Shown here piece by piece: positions 9,266-18,890 of a DNA stretch of 64,000 bases (the stretch's first letter is position 1; each line of letters begins with the position of its first letter). Both the position numbers and the translations under genes were made by a program. The notes beneath the pieces were generated by a model, which did not search any database, was not told the DNA's origin, and saw only the letters and a program-made list of their open reading frames with translations. Source of the stretch: Candidatus Jorgensenbacteria bacterium GW2011_GWB1_50_10 (lineage in GTDB: Bacteria > Patescibacteriota > Minisyncoccia > UBA6257 > GWB1-50-10); contig LCQK01000001.1 in the NCBI GenBank assembly GCA_001004105.1, positions 38,928 through 102,927 on the forward strand, written 5' to 3'.

Positions 9266-11796
9266 TGAAAAACAATAAGTGTTGTTTTGTATTCTTCGCC
9301 GGACAAATCAACAGCTTTTATCTCAATTAAATTTTGCGGTTCAAGGGCGTTTAAGATGTAATAATCCAAGTGATAATAAGTTCCGGAGACGTTTATATTT
9401 GACGTTTGACGGCGGTTAAAAGAAATTTCCACCCGGCTCAAACCGCGCACCGCTTGAAGGTCAGCCGAAACCCTGACCGGTAAATTGACAAAACTGCCGT
9501 TCTGAGGAGAAACGTTTGTAACAGTAATATTACCTGCGCCGGCGGAGGGGTATGCATTATCTAAAAAAGACACGTCGTTGGGGAGAGGAAGATTATAGGA
9601 GTAAAAGTCGGTAATGTTCGCGAGAGCCCAGTTTAAGACCCCGGTTTCCCAGTTGTAGAATTGAGAGTCTTCGTCTGGCGAGGCGGGTTTCGGTCCTAAG
9701 GGGTCGCGCTTGTTCACGTAATAAAGAATGGAATGGAGTTGGGGTAGGATCCGGCCGTTCACTATCGGCCGGTAAACCGCTTCACCGTTTAGCATTGGTT
9801 TTGTGACCGTTGTTTTCGGTTCGGGTTTCATAAAGGTTTCACTCGGGAATTTGTTTATAACTTCTTTCAGAAAAGCGTTCCAAATCGGGACGGCGGCAAG
9901 AATACTCGAACCCTGCCTTTGCATAGGGGCATTGTCGTTGTTGCCGGCCCAGACACCGACGACGAGGGAAGGGGTATAACCCATTGCCCAAGCGTCGCGG
10001 TAATCGTTGGTGGTGCCGGTTTTCAATGCCACTTCATGATCGGGGAAGATAGTAAGACTCAAGCTGTTTTGGAAGAGGCCGCTCCTCAGCTTCACGTCCG
10101 ATAAAATTTGATTAATGACTCGGACTGGTTCAGTTTCCATCACTCTCTCTGTTTCATCGTTCCAAGATTCGAGAACACTTCCCTTACTATCTTTAACCTC
10201 CAAGACAAATTTTTGGTTGTGGCGAACGCCTTCTTGCGAAAGGGTAGCATAGGCATTTACTAGATCAAACAACTTCACTTCACCGCCGCCCAAAATTAAA
10301 GAGAGACCGTAACGAGCCCGCTCTTTTAAGGAGGTGATGCCGAATTTATGAAGAGTGTCTAAAACATTGTCAAAACCGGCAAGGTAGAGAACTTTAACCG
10401 AAGGAACGTTGATGGATTGGGCGAGTCCTTCTTCGAAACTCACCGGTCCCCGGAAGCGGTCGTCGAAATTTTGAGGATGAAAGCAGTCCTTATCATTCTC
10501 TTTTAAAAAATCGGGGATGGCCGGACAGTTCGGGTCGTTCGACACAAACTCTGTCGGAGCGTCAATAATAATTGTTTTGGAGAGATAACCTTTTTTGAAG
10601 GCCGTAAGATAAGCGAAAGGTTTCAAAGCTGAGCCCGGCTGGCGAAGTCCTTGGGTGGCTACGTTGAATTTCGGTTCGAATTTACAGTCAACGCGAGGAG
10701 CGCAATCTAAGGGCAGAGATAAGGTGGCAAACCAATCGCGCGAACCCACCATCGCGAGAACTTGGCCAGTTTTGGGGTCTTCCGCGACCAGAGCAGCGTT
10801 TTCGCCGCCGTAAAGTTCCCCATTTCTCTCCGCTCCTTCCAAAACCGCCTTTTCGGCTATCTGCTGCATATCCCAATTAAGGGTGGTCACCACCCTCAAG
10901 CCGCCGTTTATAGCCATATCCTCGCCATATTTTTCAATCAAATAATCCTTCACCGCAAGGGAAAAGTGAGGGGCCTTGATGGTGCCAAGAGATGGCGGCG
11001 CAAAAGTGATTTCTTCCTGAAGAGCTTTATTTCTCTCGTCATCGGAAATGTAACCCAAGCTTGTCATTCTCTCCAGAACATATTTCTGCCTTTCAAAAAG
11101 TTCTTCTGTGTGAGTGCCCCAAGGCGAGAAATAACTCGGCGCTTTAAGGAGACTCGCGAGGAGAGTTACTTCGCCTAAAGTCAGGCCTTTCGCTTGTTTA
11201 TTGAAGAAAGTGAGGGCGGCCGCCTCCACGCCGTAGGCGTTTGAGCCGTAGGGAATCTGATTTAGATAAAATTCAAAGATTTCTTTTTTGCTGTATTTTG
11301 ATTCAAGTTGAATGGCGAGAATTAATTCCTTGATCTTGCGGGTAATGGTCTTCTCTGAAGAAAGAAAAGCGTTTTTAGCGAGCTGCTGAGTGATGGTGGA
11401 GCCGCCTTGGCTTACGCGGCCTTCTTTTAAATTCACAAGGAGCGCCCGAATAATGGCGCGCCAGTCAAAAGCCGGTTCGTTGTAGAAATCGGCGTCTTCG
11501 GCCGCAAGCGTCGCTTGTTTCAAAGATTCCGGAATTTCGTCAAAAGGAATGACGGTTCTTTTTTCCTCGCCGTGGATTTCATAAAGAAGGATCTCGCCAG
11601 AACGGTCATAAAGTTTAGAAGATTGACTCACCTTCCGTTCGCCGAACTCATACGGTGAAGGTAAACTTCTCACAATAATTGCGACGTAGACTGTTCCGGC
11701 GGCGGCTGCTGAAACCAAAATTCCCATCGCGGCGGCGAGAACGATTAGGAGTCGTTTTCTATTTTTTCTTTTTCTCACCTCTTTATTAAATACCAA
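9262..11796 (-). CDS. Class A penicillin-binding protein (transglycosylase/transpeptidase)
   Basis: GGSTITQQLAKN, RKIKE, QPGSALKP (SxxK), SIN, KTGT motifs. Confidence 0.93.
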   Translation of the reverse strand: MVFNKEVRKRKNRKRLLIVLAAAMGILVSAAAAGTVYVAIIVRSLPSPYEFGERKVSQSSKLYDRSGEILLYEIHGEEKRTVIPFDEIPESLKQATLAAEDADFYNEPAFDWRAIIRALLVNLKEGRVSQGGSTITQQLAKNAFLSSEKTITRKIKELILAIQLESKYSKKEIFEFYLNQIPYGSNAYGVEAAALTFFNKQAKGLTLGEVTLLASLLKAPSYFSPWGTHTEELFERQKYVLERMTSLGYISDDERNKALQEEITFAPPSLGTIKAPHFSLAVKDYLIEKYGEDMAINGGLRVVTTLNWDMQQIAEKAVLEGAERNGELYGGENAALVAEDPKTGQVLAMVGSRDWFATLSLPLDCAPRVDCKFEPKFNVATQGLRQPGSALKPFAYLTAFKKGYLSKTIIIDAPTEFVSNDPNCPAIPDFLKENDKDCFHPQNFDDRFRGPVSFEEGLAQSINVPSVKVLYLAGFDNVLDTLHKFGITSLKERARYGLSLILGGGEVKLFDLVNAYATLSQEGVRHNQKFVLEVKDSKGSVLESWNDETERVMETEPVRVINQILSDVKLRSGLFQNSLSLTIFPDHEVALKTGTTNDYRDAWAMGYTPSLVVGVWAGNNDNAPMQRQGSSILAAVPIWNAFLKEVINKFPSETFMKPEPKTTVTKPMLNGEAVYRPIVNGRILPQLHSILYYVNKRDPLGPKPASPDEDSQFYNWETGVLNWALANITDFYSYNLPLPNDVSFLDNAYPSAGAGNITVTNVSPQNGSFVNLPVRVSADLQAVRGLSRVEISFNRRQTSNINVSGTYYHLDYYILNALEPQNLIEIKAVDLSGEEYKTTLIVFH

Positions 11797-11814
11797 AAAG
11801 CCTTTTTACTCAAA

Positions 11815-11856
11815 ACAAAAACCCCGCCTCGAATTTTATTTTGAAAGCGGGGTTTC
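11815..11856. terminator. Intrinsic terminator-like hairpin
   Basis: AACCCCGC...GCGGGGTT with A/T tracts, downstream of the small acidic ORF. Confidence 0.55.
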
Positions 11857-11865
11857 TGTCTTTGA

Positions 11866-12015
11866 CTAGTACTCTAAATTTTCTTCCCCATCCCCGAGGC
11901 TTGTTTCCTCGTCTTCTTTCGGTTCCTCAATCCCTTCTTCCACCTCTTTCTCTTCATCTGCCTCCTCGTCATCCAAGGCGACCAGATGCGTCTTTTTTAT
12001 TTCTAAAGTCGTCAT
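11866..12015 (-). CDS. Small, very acidic protein (49 aa)
   Basis: MTTLEIKKTHLVALDDEEADEEKEVEEGIEEPKEDEETSLGDGEENLEY; TTGACA-16-TATACT promoter at 12083-12056; terminator downstream. Confidence 0.55.
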   Translation of the reverse strand: MTTLEIKKTHLVALDDEEADEEKEVEEGIEEPKEDEETSLGDGEENLEY

Positions 12016-12087
12016 AATTATATTTAGACGGCGACCTTTCATTAATGTTATAGGGAGTATAACCAAGGTTTTAGCCATGTCAATCCC

Positions 12088-12558
12088 TTAAAAGCGCTCT
12101 AAGGAGGCAGCGGCAATGGCGATCGCTAGGGCGTCGCTTACGTCATCAAGCATCTTTAAGGAGCCTAATTTGAGGAAATATTTAACCATCTTTCCCACCC
12201 CGTCTTTAGAGGCGTTCCCGTCGCCTGTGACCGCGAGTTTCACCTCTTTTGGGTTAAGTTCCTTCAAAGGAATCGAGTTCTGTACAATGGTTTTCAAAAT
12301 CACCCCCCGCGCTTCGGCGACTCGAATGGCGGTTTTCCGGTTTTTCTCGAAAAACAATCTTTCCAATCCTACCCGGTCAGGCCGGAATTTTCGGAGCAAT
12401 TCCTTCAGATTTTTTTCGAGCGCCACCAAGCGCACTTCGTAATTCTCAGCCGGCAATTTAATGAGGCCGGATTCCAGATGAGTTAGTTTTCCGCCGTTTT
12501 TTTCAATCACGCCGTAGCCGACGCGCACCGTTCCCGGATCAATACCCAAGATTATCAT
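12088..12558 (-). CDS. ruvC: Holliday junction resolvase RuvC
   Basis: ILGIDPG, EARGV, DDVSDALAIA. Confidence 0.95.
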   Translation of the reverse strand: MIILGIDPGTVRVGYGVIEKNGGKLTHLESGLIKLPAENYEVRLVALEKNLKELLRKFRPDRVGLERLFFEKNRKTAIRVAEARGVILKTIVQNSIPLKELNPKEVKLAVTGDGNASKDGVGKMVKYFLKLGSLKMLDDVSDALAIAIAAASLERF

Positions 12559-12566
12559 TTTGTTTT

Positions 12567-13091
12567 TCAGAAGTTGCGGTAGACGCCCTGGACGTCGTCG
12601 TGATTTTCCAAACTTTCCGCAAGCGCTTGAGATTTAATTCTATTCTCATCACTAAAGGCGCCGGGAAATTTAGGTTTCCATTCCCCGCCCTCGGTTATAA
12701 AAGCCCAGACGACACTTTTCGGTTCGGCGAGCCGCCCGCCGCCGTCTTTCAAAATATTTTTTATTTCCTGAATAGTCCGGTTCTTATTATCGGTTAAGGC
12801 CTGAATAACGAGAGCCGTTCCGCCCGGGCCGTAGGCCTCCAAAATAATTTCTTCTGTGGTGCCCTCGCCGCTCGCGGCTTTTTCAATTGCTCTTTCAATG
12901 TTTTCCCGCGGCACGCCTCCGGTGCGAGCCCGCTCCACCGCTGCCCGCAGACCGGGGTTAAAGTCGGGATTTTTTTCCTGTTTGGCTTGCACCGTTACCG
13001 CCCGGAGAAGCTTAGAAAACTCCGCCCCGCGCCTTTCGTCGGCTTTACCCTTCCTTTCTTTAATTTGTTTCCAATGACTGTGGCCGGCCAT
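12567..13091 (-). CDS. yebC: YebC/PmpR family protein (short form)
   Basis: MAGHSHWKQIK, EAYGPGG, TDNKNRT. Confidence 0.92.
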   Translation of the reverse strand: MAGHSHWKQIKERKGKADERRGAEFSKLLRAVTVQAKQEKNPDFNPGLRAAVERARTGGVPRENIERAIEKAASGEGTTEEIILEAYGPGGTALVIQALTDNKNRTIQEIKNILKDGGGRLAEPKSVVWAFITEGGEWKPKFPGAFSDENRIKSQALAESLENHDDVQGVYRNF

Positions 13092-14398
13092 TAGTCGTAG
13101 AGAGTTCTTTTCTTGGGGACGAGCGAGAAACTTAAAGGGAGAGTGAACGAGAACTTAGTGCCCCGGCCGAGCTCCGATTCAACGCTAATTTCTCCGCCGT
13201 GCCCTTGGACGATGTTTTTGGTAATATAGAGGCCCAGACCGCTCCCATTCGGCTCCAGATCCACGACGTTTTGACCGCGGTGGAATTTAGTGAAGATTCT
13301 TTTGAGCTCGTTCTCGGGAATGCCCACGCCCGTGTCCCGGACATTTACTTTCACGAATTTCCCGCCCCTCATTTCTTCCAAATTAATCGTGACCGAGCCA
13401 CCGGAGGAATTGTAGCGGATGGCGTTGTTGAGAAGATTGGTAAGGGCGATGCCCAAGCGTTCCGGGTCAATTTTGACTTTGTACGGTTTAGGGGGGGCGA
13501 CGAAATTGAGCTTGATGTTGTAGCTTTCGGCGACAATAGCGGCCTCGGTCGCGACATTCCTTATAAATTGCGATAAATCGGCTTCCTGGAACTTGAAACC
13601 GAACCGGCCTTCCTCAATTTTAGCGGCATCAAGGAGGTCGTTTACGATTTTTATTATTCGGTTGGAAAGCTCCACGCCTTTTTGGGCGTTTTCTTTTATC
13701 TCGGGGCCCGCTGCCCCCGAAATCGTTTCAAAAACCCATTTAATAGCGGTTAGGGGCGTGCGGAGCTGGTGAGCGGCGACCGTAAGGAATTCGCTTTTCG
13801 ATTCGGCCGCCTGCTTTTCACGAGAGAGGTCCTCCACTATTTTTAAAAACCCTTTCGGTTTTCCGTTTTCGTCCGAGATTTGAGTGGTGGCGGAACGTAA
13901 CTTCAGAGCCGGTTCGTCAATAATAATTTCCACTATCTGCGGTGAACCGGAGGAAATTTGGGTAACGGTTGGGGCGAGCGTCGGAAAGAAAACCATAATG
14001 AGAGTTTTGAGGCGGGGTAGGCGGATTGATTCCGGAGAAACTTTGAGACCCGAAACCTCCTCTTTTTTAAGATTGAAGAGCGCCTCCGCTGCCCGATTGA
14101 ATTCCGTGATTCTGAAATCAGGGTCGTAGATTATGACCGCATCGTTTAAATACTGAATAACAGCCTGGAGTTCGAAATTTTTGAGTCGGGCCGAGGTTTT
14201 GAATTCAGCTAAATCCGCAGAACCCTTAACGAGAGCAATGCCGACACCGACAAAAACGAGAATTTCTGAAAGCGTAACGAACCCGGGTGCCGCAAAAGCG
14301 CCCAAAATCACGAGAATTAAACCGGAGAGAAGTAATATAAAAAGAGCGAAGGTCGCCGGCAGGCGGTAAAGATTTTTAAATTTGTCCCAAAAATTCAT
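13091..14398 (-). CDS. Membrane PAS sensor histidine kinase
   Basis: Two TM helices, PAS, AAHQLRTPL H-box, NLLNNAIRY, DTGVGI, GSGLGL. Confidence 0.9.
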   Translation of the reverse strand: MNFWDKFKNLYRLPATFALFILLLSGLILVILGAFAAPGFVTLSEILVFVGVGIALVKGSADLAEFKTSARLKNFELQAVIQYLNDAVIIYDPDFRITEFNRAAEALFNLKKEEVSGLKVSPESIRLPRLKTLIMVFFPTLAPTVTQISSGSPQIVEIIIDEPALKLRSATTQISDENGKPKGFLKIVEDLSREKQAAESKSEFLTVAAHQLRTPLTAIKWVFETISGAAGPEIKENAQKGVELSNRIIKIVNDLLDAAKIEEGRFGFKFQEADLSQFIRNVATEAAIVAESYNIKLNFVAPPKPYKVKIDPERLGIALTNLLNNAIRYNSSGGSVTINLEEMRGGKFVKVNVRDTGVGIPENELKRIFTKFHRGQNVVDLEPNGSGLGLYITKNIVQGHGGEISVESELGRGTKFSFTLPLSFSLVPKKRTLYD

Positions 14399-16842
14399 TT
14401 TAATTCACCTAAATTCTTGCCGATCTTAGTTTCAACGGAGAGAGGCACGGAAACTTTGTAAACACTTTCCATAATAGGAGGAATAATCGCCAGAATTTCT
14501 TTCAGAATATCATCGCCCACTTCAAAGAGCAATTCGTCGTGAATAGTAAGTACTAGTTTCGCCTCATTCTCTAACCAATCTTTCTCCCTCAACTTATTAA
14601 AGCTTTCAATCATTGCCATTTTAAGGATGTCGGCGCCCAAGCTTTGGATCGGCATGTTCACCGCTGCCCGTTCCATATCTGATTCCGCCCGGGGCGAACC
14701 TGAGACGATGTCCAAAAACCAGCGCCGCCGGCCGTTTTCGTTTCTCACGAAACCGAAAGTGCGGGCTTCGTTCTTCGTGCGGTTTTGCCACTCTTTAATA
14801 TCGGGAAAATCCTTGAAGTATTCCTCGATAAAAGCGGTCGCTTTCTCAATCGGTAATCCGCTTGTTTCGCTGAAAGCTCTGGCACCCATGCCGTAAATCA
14901 CGCCGAAGTTCAGGGTTTTGCCGACCCGCCGCATTGCTTCCGTCACGGCCTCGGGTGGGACATTGAAAACCTGAGCGGCGGTGAGGCGATGAGCGTCCAT
15001 GCCTTCAAGAAAAGCTTTTTTTAATTTTTTATCTCCCGAAACATGAGCCATAAGCCGAAGTTCAAGTTGGGAATAGTCAAAAGCGACGAAGCTGCAGCCC
15101 GCCGGCGCCTCGAACGCCTCCCGGAGCGCCCTTGACCACTTTGATTCCTGAGGGAGATTCTGAAGATTGGGTTTTTCGGAAGCAAGGCGGCCGGTCGCGG
15201 TGCCGGTTTGAATGAAAGTAGTGTGGACCCGGCCGTCCGGCCCGATTGCATTAATCAAGGGTTTGACGAAAGTGGAATTGATTTTAAAGTCCTCACGGTA
15301 TTCCAGAATTAGAGGGACGATTGGGTGTTTGTCCTTCAGGTTTTTCAAGACCTCAAAGGAAGTAGATCTCAGGCCGCCTTTCGTGCGTCTCGCCCGTTCT
15401 TGTCTAAGGTTCAATTTATCGAAAAGAACACCGCCCAACTGTTTTGAAGAATTAATGTTAAAGGGCACTCCGGCGAGGTTATAAATCTCTTTAGCTAATC
15501 CCTTAAGTTCAGCCGCAAGCATTCCCTCTAAATTCTTCAACTTTGAGACGTTCACGCCCACGCCCCACTTTTCCATCCTGGCGAGGATCTCAATAAGCGG
15601 CATCTCAATTTTTTCAAAGGTATTTCGCAGTTCGTACTCTTGAATTTTAGCCCCGAAAAATGAGAAGAATTTTGAGAGAAGGCCGATTAAATCCTCGCCC
15701 TTAGCGCTTCGGTAGAAAAATCTCTGGGAGAGGGCCTCGGGCGAGAAATCTTTCTGGTCTGGATCGATAAGCCAGCCGGCCACGCCAATGTCGAAAATCG
15801 GCGGCGAAACATCAATATGCCTCGCACTAAATTCCTTAAAAAAACCCTTCCAGTCAAAGGCCACTTTTATTTTAGTGGAGGACAGTTCTTCTTGGTGCTC
15901 CAAGGCGGAGGTAAGCGACGGGACAAGGACAGCTTCTTTCGGTGTCTCAGGTAGGGGGATTTCCCCGGCCTGCGCCGGACCGTTTTTTAAGATTCTTTTG
16001 ACCAAACTTTGGAAGCCCAATCCGCTGAAGTATTTAATTAGCGTTTCCGTTTCAAACTCCTTAAATTCCAAATCATTTAGTTTCACTTCAAGTGGCACGT
16101 CCTCTCTTAGAATCACGAGTTTTTTAGAAAGAAGGGCTTGAGCTTCGTGTTTCTGGAATTTTTCCCGGAGTTTGGGATTTTCATCAAGTTTTTTGAAAAG
16201 GTTTTCCAGGGTTTTGTAATCCTTGAGAAGGGTGGCGGCCGTCTTGGGACCGACGCCGGGGACGCCTGGAATATTGTCGGAGGGATCACCGACCAAAGCT
16301 TTGTAGTCCGGCATTTTTTTGGGCGGGAGACCGAAGCGTTCCACGACCGCACGCTCGTTGTAAATCACCGTTTCGCTCAAGCCCTTTTTTGGCGTCTGGA
16401 CCACAACTTTGTTTTTTTGCACGAGCTGGAGGGTATCTAAATCACCCGTCAAAATCACGATTTTTAAACTCTCAGATTCCCGGAATTTGGAGACGAGAGT
16501 GGCAATGATATCATCAGCTTCAAAGCCGTTCAGTTCAAAACTCGGGATGCCTAATTTTTGGAACAATTCGTGGGCTTTGACGATTTGGTGGATCAGTTCC
16601 TCGGCGGCCGGTGGCCGGTGGGCTTTATATTCCCGGAAAAGCTCGTCCCGAAAAGTGGGCTCGGGTCGGTCAAAAGCCGCCGCCGCATAGTCGGGTTTTT
16701 GTTCTCTCATGATTTTAAGGAGGGCGCTTGAGAGACCGTAAATCGCGCCAATCGGCTCGCCGCTCGGCGCCGTGAGGGGCGGCAGAGCGTGATAAGCCCG
16801 GTGGATCAAGGCATTGGCGTCAATTAGAAGGAGGGTTTTCAT
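14395..16842 (-). CDS. polA: DNA polymerase I
   Basis: 5'-3' exo (GDPSDNIPGVPGVGPKTA), DYSQLELR, TIHDELLFE. Confidence 0.97.
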   Translation of the reverse strand: MKTLLLIDANALIHRAYHALPPLTAPSGEPIGAIYGLSSALLKIMREQKPDYAAAAFDRPEPTFRDELFREYKAHRPPAAEELIHQIVKAHELFQKLGIPSFELNGFEADDIIATLVSKFRESESLKIVILTGDLDTLQLVQKNKVVVQTPKKGLSETVIYNERAVVERFGLPPKKMPDYKALVGDPSDNIPGVPGVGPKTAATLLKDYKTLENLFKKLDENPKLREKFQKHEAQALLSKKLVILREDVPLEVKLNDLEFKEFETETLIKYFSGLGFQSLVKRILKNGPAQAGEIPLPETPKEAVLVPSLTSALEHQEELSSTKIKVAFDWKGFFKEFSARHIDVSPPIFDIGVAGWLIDPDQKDFSPEALSQRFFYRSAKGEDLIGLLSKFFSFFGAKIQEYELRNTFEKIEMPLIEILARMEKWGVGVNVSKLKNLEGMLAAELKGLAKEIYNLAGVPFNINSSKQLGGVLFDKLNLRQERARRTKGGLRSTSFEVLKNLKDKHPIVPLILEYREDFKINSTFVKPLINAIGPDGRVHTTFIQTGTATGRLASEKPNLQNLPQESKWSRALREAFEAPAGCSFVAFDYSQLELRLMAHVSGDKKLKKAFLEGMDAHRLTAAQVFNVPPEAVTEAMRRVGKTLNFGVIYGMGARAFSETSGLPIEKATAFIEEYFKDFPDIKEWQNRTKNEARTFGFVRNENGRRRWFLDIVSGSPRAESDMERAAVNMPIQSLGADILKMAMIESFNKLREKDWLENEAKLVLTIHDELLFEVGDDILKEILAIIPPIMESVYKVSVPLSVETKIGKNLGELK

Positions 16843-16862
16843 ACTTTCTTATTCGCGCGAAT
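16842..16862. repeat. TTCGCGCGAA-core site at 3' end of ArsR gene 1
   Basis: TACTTTCTTATTCGCGCGAAT, identical to 17157-17177 and inverse of 17166-17186. Confidence 0.9.
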
Positions 16863-17124
16863 TAGAAATAGTTGGGATTAGTTGTTTGATAATTAAGGGA
16901 AGAGGATTAGCTAAACGATAGTAGACAACGAGACTCTCTTGCCTTCGGTCGAGAATATCCAGTTGGTGAAGGAGGCGCAGATGTTTTGAAGTGGAAGTAA
17001 AAGACAGGTTAATCTGTTCGGCGATTTCCGCGACCCGCAGTTCTTTGTTTTTCGAGAGCGCTTTAATGATGGCGAGCCGCCGCCGGTTAGCGAGCGCCTT
17101 AAAAAATTTTTCTAAATGTTTCAT
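16849..17124 (-). CDS. ArsR/SmtB-type winged HTH protein 1
   Basis: FKALANRRRLAII...TSKHLRLL...VYYRL; no Cys. Confidence 0.85.
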   Translation of the reverse strand: MKHLEKFFKALANRRRLAIIKALSKNKELRVAEIAEQINLSFTSTSKHLRLLHQLDILDRRQESLVVYYRLANPLPLIIKQLIPTISNSRE

Positions 17125-17154
17125 ATTATTTTATTACCAATAATATTATAGTAT

Positions 17155-17188
17155 ACTACTTTCTTATTCGCGCGAATAAGAAAGTAGT
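17155..17188. repeat. Perfect 34-bp palindrome with TTCGCGCGAA core upstream of ArsR gene 1
   Basis: ACTACTTTCTTATTCGCGCGAATAAGAAAGTAGT. Confidence 0.92.
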
Positions 17189-17201
17189 TGTTGAGCTTCT
17201 C

Positions 17202-17657
17202 TTACCCGATTCTAATTCCAGTTTTTATAATTCTTTCGTTTTCTCTCCGGACATGGCGGAAATTTATGAGAAGCGATTTTTTTGGCAGCAACCTTCCTAT
17301 TTTATCGGCCCACTCGATAAGAACAATGTTTTTGGGGTCGCTGAATATTTCTTTGAGACCTAAAATTTCCAACTCCCTCGGTTTTTTAAGGCGATAGGCG
17401 TCAACGTGGAATAAAAATTTGTAGTTTTTGGTTTGCAGTTTATAGCTGCGGATGATGAGAAAAGTTGGGCTTGGGAGATGACGCCTAATGCCCGATCCGC
17501 GGGCGAAACCCTGAACGAAAGTCGTTTTGCCGCTCCCTAAGTTTCCCACAAGTCCCACCACGAACGCCTCGTCTCTTTTTTTGTATTTTAAAATCTCTTT
17601 AGCGAGCGCTCTCGCCGTGGCGGCAGTTTCTCTCGGAGAGCGAGACTTAATGGTCAT
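17202..17657 (-). CDS. tsaE: t6A biosynthesis ATPase TsaE
   Basis: GNLGSGKTTF, SPTF, HVDAYRL, LIEWAD. Confidence 0.93.
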   Translation of the reverse strand: MTIKSRSPRETAATARALAKEILKYKKRDEAFVVGLVGNLGSGKTTFVQGFARGSGIRRHLPSPTFLIIRSYKLQTKNYKFLFHVDAYRLKKPRELEILGLKEIFSDPKNIVLIEWADKIGRLLPKKSLLINFRHVRRENERIIKTGIRIG

Positions 17658-18664
17658 TAAATAAGAGTGTTTCTAGAACTCAAGCCTAAATGTTTGTAAG
17701 CAGCCTCCGTCGCAATCCGGCCGAGCTGAGTTCTTTCCAAAAATCCGAGGCTCATAAGAAACGGTTCGTAAACTTCCTCCACCGCGTCCGGTTCGTCGTT
17801 TAGAGCGGCGGCAATGGCTTTGATGCCCACCGGCCCGCCGTTGAAACGCTTGATAATCGTCGTGAGTAGGTCGCGGTCGGTTTGTTCCAACCCCAATTTG
17901 TCGATTTCGAGAAGTTGCAGTGTTTTTTGGACCACCTCCTCGTCAATCACATCCCTCTTGTAGACCTGAGCGTAGTCCCGCGCTCGTTTCAATAGGCGGT
18001 TCGCGACACGGGGCGTAAAGCGCGAAGCGCGGGCGAGTTTTACAACCGCCTCCGGCGCGATTTTGATTTTCAAAATTTCGGCCGAGCGCCGGATGATTTT
18101 TTCAACGTCTTCCAGCCGGTAGTAATCGAGCCGCAGCACTGCCCCAAAGCGGGAACGCAAGGGACTGGAAATCAGATTAGTTCTTGTTGTCGCCGCAATC
18201 AAAGTGAATGGCGGCAGCTCCAAAGTGAGAGTCCGAGCCGATGGACCCTTGCCGATAATAAGATGGAGTCGCCGTGATTCCAGGGCCGGATACATTACTT
18301 CTTCCACCAGCTTGTTGATGCGGTGGGCCTCGTCAATGAAAAGAATTTCGTTGGGCTCCAGGTTGGATAAAATGGCGGCGACATCGCCGGCTTTTTCGAG
18401 GGCGGGACCCGAGGTCGCCCGGACGTTCACGCCCATTTCCTTGCCGATCAGATAAGCGAGGGTGGTTTTACCCAGACCCGCCTGGCCGCAAAAAAGGAGA
18501 TGGTCGCAGGATTCGCTCCGGCCTTTGGCCGCCTGCATGATGAGTTTCAGATTCGCCTTGATTTTTTCCTGGCCAACGTAATCTTCCCAGGCGGTCGGCC
18601 GGAGGGCGAGTTCCAATCCCTCGTCGTTCGCGTTTAACTCTTTTATGGGCGTTTTTTGGGTCAT
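17657..18664 (-). CDS. ruvB: Holliday junction helicase RuvB
   Basis: LRP, GLGKTTLA, TSGPALE, FTLIAATTR. Confidence 0.97.
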   Translation of the reverse strand: MTQKTPIKELNANDEGLELALRPTAWEDYVGQEKIKANLKLIMQAAKGRSESCDHLLFCGQAGLGKTTLAYLIGKEMGVNVRATSGPALEKAGDVAAILSNLEPNEILFIDEAHRINKLVEEVMYPALESRRLHLIIGKGPSARTLTLELPPFTLIAATTRTNLISSPLRSRFGAVLRLDYYRLEDVEKIIRRSAEILKIKIAPEAVVKLARASRFTPRVANRLLKRARDYAQVYKRDVIDEEVVQKTLQLLEIDKLGLEQTDRDLLTTIIKRFNGGPVGIKAIAAALNDEPDAVEEVYEPFLMSLGFLERTQLGRIATEAAYKHLGLSSRNTLI

Positions 18665-18700
18665 ATTGACAAATTAATAGATTTATGCTAAGGTTATGGC

Positions 18701-18890
18701 GGTTATTCTGAAGATTGACCTGTGGGCAATGGGGTTAGATCCTTTTTAGGACGAGGCAGCCTCGGCTTTCTCTATCCATGGAGTTAACCTCGCTCTCTTC
18801 TCCTCGAGAAGAGTTTCTATAGGCCTTCATCGGCATATGCCCACAGATCCATCTTCGGAATGACCCTGCCTGCGCAAGCGGGCTTTTTTA
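18701..18890 (+). ncRNA. Candidate ~185-nt structured ncRNA (6S-like size)
   Basis: TTGACA-17-TAAGGT promoter (18666-18694); closing stem 18701-18728 with 18838-18865; hairpin plus T-tract at end. Confidence 0.55.
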
